This document shows positions 57,385-64,000 of a stretch of DNA of 64,000 bases, piece by piece. How positions within the stretch are numbered: position 1 is the stretch's first letter; every line of letters starts with the position of its first letter. A program made the translations under genes and the position numbers. A model generated the notes under the pieces. The model saw only the letters and a program-made list of their open reading frames with translations. It was not told where the DNA came from and ran no database searches. Origin of the DNA: Marinilabiliales bacterium (GTDB lineage: Bacteria; Bacteroidota; Bacteroidia; Bacteroidales; Prolixibacteraceae); the NCBI GenBank assembly GCA_021286825.1, contig JAJTBP010000001.1:4729-68728 (forward strand), written 5' to 3'.

Positions 57385-58572
57385 TTACATTTTCCCCTTG
57401 TTGAATGATTTTAAATCGAAAATCAAGGTGAATCTGACCGTATTGGCCAGTGGATTGTTCTGTTGAACCGGGATCAAATACGAGAAATCGATGGAGCAAA
57501 TGTTCATCTTCAGTCCAAGACCGGCTGAGAGGAACTTTCGGTTCCCTTTGTACTCACTTTCATGAAAGTAACCAGCCCGAACGGCAAACTGATGATTGTA
57601 CCAGTATTCTGCACCAATCGAATAGTTGATCTCTCGAAGTTCCTCCTTCATGCCACCGGGAGCATCGGTGAACGAGCTAAAGATGGAACTTACAACGGAA
57701 GCATTGTTGCTGTTGTCCGGAAGAACGATGCTACCGGAACCGCTTGTTGTGGAGGAACTCACCTGAGGAGATGGCACCATCAGTTTGTTGAAATCCAAGG
57801 AAAGGGCAATGGAGTTGTTGCCATCCATTTCACGGGTGTAGGTGGTACCCAGCCGAAGGTTGGCCGGTAAAAACTCCTTGTTCTGACCGTCGTCATAGGA
57901 TATTTTACCTCCGATGTTGGAGAGGTTGATACCGGCTGAAATGTTTTGGTCATTCCCGGTGATTCCGAAATTGTGGGTATAAAAGAAAGAGACATCCGTG
58001 GCAAAGGTATGGCCTGGGACATAAGATTCCGGACCAATCCCTCCGGAGAGATCGGAACGAATGTAACGGATGGCAACACCTCCGGAGAGACTTTCCGAAA
58101 GTTTGCGGGAATAACTGACGTCAAAGGCGAACTCATTCGGACTGACATTGGCCAGACTGGATCCGTTCATATCGGTCAGCAGGATCTCACCCATGGAAAA
58201 ATAGCGAAGAGAGGCACCAATGGTCTGCATCTGATCAATTTTGTAATAACCGGACACATAGGCCAGGTTGATGTCATTGACCAATTGTCTCAGCCAAGGT
58301 GTATAGGATAGGGCAAATCCAAAGTTGTCTTTTACAAAGGCAAACTTGGAGGGATTCCAATATTGTGCATTGGCATCGGGAGAGGTGGCTACCCCTGCAT
58401 CTCCCATGGCTCCGTGCCTGGAATCAGGCGTAATGGTAAGGAATGGAACTGCTGTGGTAATGGGATTGTATTGAACCTCCTGACCCGTTGCCAGGCTTTG
58501 GGAATAGGAAGTATGGACGAATGCCAGAGAAATCAGGACAAGAATTAGGCTTAGATTCGCTCTTCTGCTCAT
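57385..58572 (-). CDS. porV: Type IX secretion system outer-membrane shuttle protein PorV (LptO)
   Basis: Signal peptide from ATG 58572. NPITTAVPFLTITPDSRHGAMGDAGVATSPDANAQYWNPSK is the conserved PorV N-terminal signature. FadL-like beta-barrel, 395 aa. Confidence 0.85.
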   Translation of the reverse strand: MSRRANLSLILVLISLAFVHTSYSQSLATGQEVQYNPITTAVPFLTITPDSRHGAMGDAGVATSPDANAQYWNPSKFAFVKDNFGFALSYTPWLRQLVNDINLAYVSGYYKIDQMQTIGASLRYFSMGEILLTDMNGSSLANVSPNEFAFDVSYSRKLSESLSGGVAIRYIRSDLSGGIGPESYVPGHTFATDVSFFYTHNFGITGNDQNISAGINLSNIGGKISYDDGQNKEFLPANLRLGTTYTREMDGNNSIALSLDFNKLMVPSPQVSSSTTSGSGSIVLPDNSNNASVVSSIFSSFTDAPGGMKEELREINYSIGAEYWYNHQFAVRAGYFHESEYKGNRKFLSAGLGLKMNICSIDFSYLIPVQQNNPLANTVRFTLIFDLKSFNKGKM

Positions 58573-58753
58573 AACTTTACATTTATGGGTCAAAGTAATA
58601 TTAATTTTTCATGCTTTCGAAAGAATGTCAACCAATTTCTGTCTACTAATTGTGGACAATACGTGGACAGGAACAAAGATCGGAAAGTCGGATTTCATGG
58701 CATGGCAGGCATTTCATAAGACAGACCTTCATGGCTTTTTCGAATGTCATTTT

Positions 58754-61336
58754 TCATTTGGATGAGACCAGTGTGTGTTCCTCCCCCAAAACGACCAGGA
58801 GATTTCCCGTGGAAAGTTCCAGTATGGCCGATTTGACCTTTTCCTTGCCCCATCCGGTGTCAAACCAAACTCCCTCATTAACAATTAACTTTAGGTCATT
58901 GTTTTCGAATGGGATCACTTTTATCCGGCAATTGTTGCCAAATAGCAGTCGATTGAATGGTTGCGGAGTCCCGTCAAGCGTGTTTACCTCCACAATTCCA
59001 TCGACATTTTTCATCCACTTGATGTGTTGCATCGGAAGCAGTTCCTCCCCATTTTTCCCTTTTGCCGAGACGAGTTCACTCCCGGAGAGCCTGCTTCCTG
59101 GAAGCGCCAGGGCATTCAGCGCAGCGGTCAGGGCGGCCATTTCTGGGTCGACACCCAGTTGGCTGAATTTCTTCAGGTATTTTTGGAAAAGGGTATTCCC
59201 CGATGGAGTAAGGGTTGGGCTTTTGTCCATGCCAAGGCTTTGATACCTGGAACCGATGTAACAAAGTCCCTCCTGATCCAAACCCAGAAAACCCGACTCA
59301 CCGACCCGTTCATCCTCATTCATCAGTTCGACCCGTTGTATTTGTCCGGACCGGGTGAATCGGATCACATAGAAAAGACCTGCGTCCTCTTCCAACTCAT
59401 CCAATCCGGCTTTGCTCAACCAGTTGATTTGTCCGGACCGGGTTAGTTGGGCAAGAAAGATATCGGGATCTGACATTTCTGTGTGGAGGGAGGCTCCGTT
59501 TATCTGAAGGTCGCCCCTGAAACTACCGGAAAGATAGATTTCTCCCTGGTCCAATTGTGTCAATTCGAGACCGAAAGCCTTGCCGGTGCATTTCAACCTT
59601 TCCACCCAGGCCAATGATTTTCCCTTGTCAAATTTGGCGACAAAGGGAGCCGGCACCAAAGTCCCGTCGAATCTTTTTTCACGAATGAAGCCCGTCAGGT
59701 AGAAATTTCCAGCTTCGTCCTGAAGGATGTCATGACCCGATCCTGAACGTTCGGCCCCGAACGAGGTGGCAAGTTTCCAGATCCTGTTGTTCTCGGCCTC
59801 CTCGATGGCGGAATTCTCCAATTTTGTCAGGAGCGGTTTCTGGTGAATGAACTCTTTCATGACAAGGCCCATGGGCGCATTTTCGAAGGTGGGATCGACG
59901 AAAGTGTAGATCCCCTCTTCCATCTTGAAACCATCTCCTTCCAGCGGCTGCTGAGGTGAAACAGCTACAGAGAAAAATCCCGGATATTCAACAAGTACCG
60001 TTTTGGCATGTAACAAATGGGAAACCATCCAGCCGAACAACAACGATTTTCCCTTGTCATTGCACTCATCCTTGGCAAGCAATTCTTCCGGGAAAATGAA
60101 CCGGTCGTATCCGAAGAGGTCATTGAAGGGATGATAGGCAAACGATTTTTGTACGAATTGCTGCAGGAAAGCAGTGGCTTCTTCAGCATTCATGCCGGAC
60201 AAGGTTTTCCGCAAGGGTCGGAGCAAACTCTCCTCTGTGGAAAAGGTCATGGGAGCGGTGCAGAGGATGTTGGGGTCCGTATCGGGATACTCCTCATAAA
60301 AACGTACGATTTCCGGATTGAATCTCAGATTGAATTCCAGGGATTTTTTCTTCCATTCGAAGGTCATTTTTTTGTTCTGCAGTTCGCCATCGAACCGAAG
60401 CGACTGGCTGAATGAAAGGCGAATGGTGCCGTTTGCCCCGGGATGGGCTACGGGATAGGTGAAAACAGGAAAAGAGGCGATGGATTTGTCGCAATAATAG
60501 TTTGCACCATTGATGGTCACGAAGGGCATCCCATAGATCCTGTCATGGCATGGGAAAAGAAGTCCGGCTCCCAACTGGTTGTAGGCGATCCTGACATCGA
60601 AACCGGAACGGATCATCAAACCCCAGGAGAGGAGCAGCGATCCGCTTTGGTTGGAAGGATAAAGTGTCTCCGAAAGGATGCGGACCAGTTTGTAATAGCC
60701 CCAGTCGTTGAGCCCCAACCGAGTGCGCAGGACCATCAACTGACGAATCAGGTGTTGGCTGTTGGCCACACAGAACTTTCTCCAGTATTCAGATGCCCCC
60801 TCCGGACTGATGGGCGTGCTTGCCGGCAATGTCAACAGTCGGTCTATGGTGACGCGCAGATTGTTCCCGTAAAATTTGAAGTTGAGCTGTTGCAAGGCGG
60901 AAGTTTCCAGTCCTGGTTTTCGCCACCGTGGCAGATGGAGGGTCTTGTCGGGTGAGGACCCATTCTCTTCCCGGGCATAAAACGGGAGCATTTGGGGATT
61001 GTGAAACTGGGGCGGGGTCTCAAATTTTCTGGGTTTGGGAAGAAAAATGGGCGGAGACACCGGATACTTGTCCCAGGCATTGACGAGCTGACCAGCAAAA
61101 GATTCATCCTGCGATCCCGAGAAATAATGGAAACCGGATTCCAGATAGGGAAGCGGTTTCTGGTTGCTCAGCAGGAATTCACGGCTTTCTCGGATCCATA
61201 TCTCCTTGAAATCCTGTAGGGTTTGTCCAAAAAAGGTATAGGGAACGAGGGAAAGTACCAGCCAAAGAAAGAGAGCCCGGAATTTGGATTCCGAAATCCA
61301 TTCTGCCGTTTTATGGGTTCGGTTTGATTCAGGCAA
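58754..61336 (-). CDS. Large membrane-anchored hypothetical protein with a transglutaminase-like core remnant and a beta-propeller-like C-terminal region
   Basis: 860 aa with a TTG start (no in-frame ATG before the anchor FRALFLWLVLSLVPYTFF). Residues ~400-490 read FPEELLAKDECNDKGKSLLF...YPGFFSVAV...YTFVDPT. Residues ~520-700 show SBBP-like strands (GNFYLTGF, EIYLSGSF). It is not a C25/PorU-like sequence. Confidence 0.6.
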   Translation of the reverse strand: MPESNRTHKTAEWISESKFRALFLWLVLSLVPYTFFGQTLQDFKEIWIRESREFLLSNQKPLPYLESGFHYFSGSQDESFAGQLVNAWDKYPVSPPIFLPKPRKFETPPQFHNPQMLPFYAREENGSSPDKTLHLPRWRKPGLETSALQQLNFKFYGNNLRVTIDRLLTLPASTPISPEGASEYWRKFCVANSQHLIRQLMVLRTRLGLNDWGYYKLVRILSETLYPSNQSGSLLLSWGLMIRSGFDVRIAYNQLGAGLLFPCHDRIYGMPFVTINGANYYCDKSIASFPVFTYPVAHPGANGTIRLSFSQSLRFDGELQNKKMTFEWKKKSLEFNLRFNPEIVRFYEEYPDTDPNILCTAPMTFSTEESLLRPLRKTLSGMNAEEATAFLQQFVQKSFAYHPFNDLFGYDRFIFPEELLAKDECNDKGKSLLFGWMVSHLLHAKTVLVEYPGFFSVAVSPQQPLEGDGFKMEEGIYTFVDPTFENAPMGLVMKEFIHQKPLLTKLENSAIEEAENNRIWKLATSFGAERSGSGHDILQDEAGNFYLTGFIREKRFDGTLVPAPFVAKFDKGKSLAWVERLKCTGKAFGLELTQLDQGEIYLSGSFRGDLQINGASLHTEMSDPDIFLAQLTRSGQINWLSKAGLDELEEDAGLFYVIRFTRSGQIQRVELMNEDERVGESGFLGLDQEGLCYIGSRYQSLGMDKSPTLTPSGNTLFQKYLKKFSQLGVDPEMAALTAALNALALPGSRLSGSELVSAKGKNGEELLPMQHIKWMKNVDGIVEVNTLDGTPQPFNRLLFGNNCRIKVIPFENNDLKLIVNEGVWFDTGWGKEKVKSAILELSTGNLLVVLGEEHTLVSSK

Positions 61337-61434
61337 GTTTTTTAAGATTGGGTTATTTGCAAAGATAGGTTAAAATGGCTTTCAAGGATATAACCTCCCT
61401 GTTTTATGCTTAACTTTGGGGAGTTTGAACAGCC

Positions 61435-61941
61435 ATGGGTTTGATCCTGAAATATCTGAATGTCATAGCCATCGCCAGTATCAAATTTTTCTGGGCGACT
61501 CCCTATGCTTATCTGTTTCATCTCAATAAAATCGAAACTTTTGTGATGATTCAGTTGGGCGGGCTATTTGGTTTCCTCTTTTATTACGCCCTCTTCTCTT
61601 TTCTGCTGAAAGAGATCAAACTCATCTGGCCTGCCATCTATTTTATCACTCCCCCTCTTTTCAAGGTGCGATTTGAACATTGGTTGATCCTTCGTAAGGA
61701 GAAAAAGCGTCTAGCCAAAAAATTTACCCGTACCAATAAGCTGATTGTCAGAATTAGGAGAGATCATGGCATGTTGGGCATTGTTCTGCTGACTCCTGTC
61801 CTGCTTTCCATTCCCGTAGGGGCCTTGCTCGGAACCAAATATTTCAGACACCGAAAAGGATTCATCCCCTCCACCCTGATCTCCATCTTTGTTTGGGGTT
61901 TTGTATCCGTCGTTTTTTTCGGCATTTTTCTTCCTCACTGA
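61435..61941 (+). CDS. Small multi-pass membrane protein, hypothetical
   Basis: 168 aa with four predicted TM segments and a basic loop (RKEKKRLAKKFTRTNK). Confidence 0.5.
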   Translation: MGLILKYLNVIAIASIKFFWATPYAYLFHLNKIETFVMIQLGGLFGFLFYYALFSFLLKEIKLIWPAIYFITPPLFKVRFEHWLILRKEKKRLAKKFTRTNKLIVRIRRDHGMLGIVLLTPVLLSIPVGALLGTKYFRHRKGFIPSTLISIFVWGFVSVVFFGIFLPH

Positions 61942-62486
61942 CGTTTCAGTGAACGAAGCACATTCCTCCCTTTTGCACAGATACCCAGTTGGTCTCGCTC
62001 TTCCACAAGGGCTTCCGTGACCGCTATGAGTTCTGGGATCAGCTCCGGCTCCCGGAGGGCAATGTCGTGGAGTAGTTGCAGGGCATTGGCCCGAACTGCG
62101 ATGGCTTCAGACGGGGAAAGGAGTCGGTAAAGCAGATCAATGAAGGGACCGATCTTATCCTCAGGTAAGGTTCTTCCGATCAGCATTCTGGTAAAATGCC
62201 TTTTCAATTGGCTGCTTTTCACGGTATGCAGCGTGTCGATGATTTCCGGGACGTAAGGGCCAAGCAACGCTGGATTGGCTTCTGCCGCATGATCGGTGAT
62301 CCAGGCGGCATGCCAGGCTATTCTGGGATCGTCACAAAAGATCCACTGATAAATTTGGGCAAACAGGTTTGGGTCCTTGGATACCAGTTCTCTCCAGATC
62401 TTGATCTCACCACCCCTCAGATGGCGCAATTGATCACGCAGGGGTTCATTGCAACTCTCTTGAGCCTGTGGAGCGGAGGTATTCAT
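61935..62486 (-). CDS. Hypothetical all-helical (HEAT/ARM-like) protein
   Basis: 183 aa with repeated helix pairs (PRIAWHAAWITDHAAEANPALL, AIAVRANALQLLHDIALREPELIPEL). Its ATG at 62486 lies inside the 3' end of ppk1. Confidence 0.5.
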   Translation of the reverse strand: MNTSAPQAQESCNEPLRDQLRHLRGGEIKIWRELVSKDPNLFAQIYQWIFCDDPRIAWHAAWITDHAAEANPALLGPYVPEIIDTLHTVKSSQLKRHFTRMLIGRTLPEDKIGPFIDLLYRLLSPSEAIAVRANALQLLHDIALREPELIPELIAVTEALVEERDQLGICAKGRNVLRSLKRQ

Positions 62487-64000
62487 AAAATGCCAATTGA
62501 GCGGTCAAAAGGGGATACTCCTCCTGTGGGTTAATCTTGTTGGCCAGTTCATTGTCCAGCACGCGTGCTGCGGTGTTGTCCTTCCATTGCAGATCAAAAA
62601 AGGCAATCAATTCTTTTTTGATGTCGGGATCGTAAATGGGCACAGCCACTTCGACCCGGCGATCCAGATTACGTGCCATCAGGTCCCCGGAGGAGATGTA
62701 AAGGTTTTCCTTGCCATCATTGTAGAAATAGTAGAGGCGGGAATGTTCAAGATAGCGGTCGATCAGTCCGATGGAAGGAATCTCATAACCCTCTTCGACT
62801 GAGGTGGAAAGCAAGGAAAACATCCCCCTTACATTCAATCGGATGTCAACACCGGCCTTGGCAGCGTCGCACAACCGACCCACGATTTCAGGATCCACCA
62901 GATTGTTGCATTTGATGAAAATGGCTGCCTTCCTGCCATTTCTAGCGGCTTGTATCTCCTGTCGGATCATTTGCGATATTTTGTACCGCATGGTAAAAGG
63001 AGAGACCCACAGGTGGGCATACCGACCGATTTTGTAATTCCGGATGAAGAAATCGAAAACTTTCGATACTTCCTTGGTGATGTGGGGATTCACGGTCCAC
63101 AACATCTGATCGGAGAAGACCTTGGCGGTCACTTCATTGAAATTGCCCGTGGCAATACAACCGTAGAGCACCGGTTCCTTCTCTTCCTTCCGTGTGATGA
63201 GGCAGAGTTTGGAATGTACCTTGAGTCCGGGCACACCCAGGATGACCTTGATGCCTTCGCGGGTCAGCAGGTTTCCCCATTGGATGTTCTCCTGCTCATT
63301 GAACCTTGCTCTCAGTTCGAGCACCACAGTGACCTTTTTCCCGTTTCTGGCAGCATTGATCAGGGCGTGGATCACATTCGAATTCTTGGCCACCCGATAA
63401 GCTGTCACCTTGATTTCCGTCACTTTGGGATCGATTGAGGCTTCCCGCAACAGGTCAATGAAATGGTAAAAGGATTGGTAGGGATAATGCAGCAGGATAT
63501 CTTTGGCGGCGATGGCAGCAAGCATCTGCTCCCCCTGCCGGAAGGCGGGATGGAGGAGTGGCCGGATCGGATTGTAATAGAGGTGTTTCTTGCCAATCGA
63601 GGGGAATCCCATGAAATCCTTGAAATTGTGGATTCTGGAACCGCCAATGATGACGTCTCCCTTTTCGAACTTTAATTTCTTCAGCAGCAGTGCAAGAAAA
63701 TGGTCCGGTATGTCTTTGTCATGAACGAACCGGACGAGTTCACTGTTGCCCCGTTTCTCAAGGCTCTTGGTAAGAATTTTGACATAGCTCTCGGCCACAT
63801 CATCATCCAGGTCCAGTTCGGCATCCCGCGTTATCTTGACGATCCATGAGCTGATCTGCTTGAAGCTGAACATGTAGAAGATGTCTTTCAGTTCGTAGCG
63901 GATCACATCCTCCAGCAGAATGATGTGTTGTTTCTCGTCTTCCGACGGAAGGATGATAAACCTGGGGAGCATCCCGGTGGGTATCTCAATGAGGGCATAT
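62446..64000 (-). CDS. ppk1: Polyphosphate kinase 1, C-terminal ~518 aa; the N-terminus lies beyond the right edge
   Basis: The frame is open up to position 64000 (...YALIEIPTGMLPRFIILPSEDEKQHIILLEDVI...). Two PLD-like C-domains carry KVHSKLCLITRKE and the second HKD-like region. The ORF-track start at 63972 is only an internal Met. Confidence 0.9.
   Translation of the reverse strand, partial: YALIEIPTGMLPRFIILPSEDEKQHIILLEDVIRYELKDIFYMFSFKQISSWIVKITRDAELDLDDDVAESYVKILTKSLEKRGNSELVRFVHDKDIPDHFLALLLKKLKFEKGDVIIGGSRIHNFKDFMGFPSIGKKHLYYNPIRPLLHPAFRQGEQMLAAIAAKDILLHYPYQSFYHFIDLLREASIDPKVTEIKVTAYRVAKNSNVIHALINAARNGKKVTVVLELRARFNEQENIQWGNLLTREGIKVILGVPGLKVHSKLCLITRKEEKEPVLYGCIATGNFNEVTAKVFSDQMLWTVNPHITKEVSKVFDFFIRNYKIGRYAHLWVSPFTMRYKISQMIRQEIQAARNGRKAAIFIKCNNLVDPEIVGRLCDAAKAGVDIRLNVRGMFSLLSTSVEEGYEIPSIGLIDRYLEHSRLYYFYNDGKENLYISSGDLMARNLDRRVEVAVPIYDPDIKKELIAFFDLQWKDNTAARVLDNELANKINPQEEYPLLTAQLAFYEYLRSTGSRELQ

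Noticed and set aside
58754-61336. Calling the gene upstream of porV as porU on positional grounds.
   Set aside because: It is 860 aa rather than about 1100 or more. It shows no gingipain/C25-like His and Cys motifs and has no type A CTD-like C-terminus. It is annotated as hypothetical instead.
1-64000. CRISPR arrays, IS elements or transposases, rRNA, restriction-modification genes, toxin-antitoxin pairs and known defence-system genes.
   Set aside because: I scanned the intergenic regions and the ORF products and found no repeat-spacer periodicity, no DDE/HUH/recombinase motifs, and no methylase or nuclease signatures. Absence judged by eye is not proof, and a dedicated tool run is still advisable.

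Overview
This is a chromosomal segment of roughly 50% G+C (estimated by eye) that reads as a Bacteroidota genome. The evidence is T9SS porV, a gldA-like ABC ATPase, long-form ispG, SpII lipoprotein signals, TAnnTTTG -7 boxes and no Shine-Dalgarno sites. I can support 43 protein genes and one tRNA-Cys(GCA). Two genes are cut by the window edges: comF on the left and ppk1 on the right. Housekeeping genes are metK, ispG, gcvH, tsaE, glnS, folB and ppk1. There is a nagB-nagA-SSF transporter operon. A 12.8-kb co-directional glycosidase array (GH92, two GH106-like giants, a GH130-like enzyme, an esterase) has nhaA embedded in it. The starch genes pulA and malQ are separated by a LiaF-like / LytS-type kinase / LytTR regulator module. 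To the right of tRNA-Cys lies a low-GC stretch with an orphan ORF and a 1.1-kb gene-free AT-rich region. After that comes a 16-kb block unusually rich in secreted phosphoesterases: three metallophosphoesterases (one fused to PA14) and a beta-propeller-PLC/AcpA fusion that has a diverged paralog at 5.9-8.5 kb. The same block holds three tandem Tat-signal Gfo/Idh/MocA oxidoreductases and a DapA-like/UROD-like pair. I saw no CRISPR array, IS or transposase, integrase, rRNA, restriction-modification genes or recognisable toxin-antitoxin/defence genes. The candidates for something undescribed are therefore the phosphoesterase/oxidoreductase block, the tRNA-flanking orphan region, and the large non-PorU protein in the porU position upstream of porV. 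All functional readings come from motifs I recognise by eye, not from database searches.
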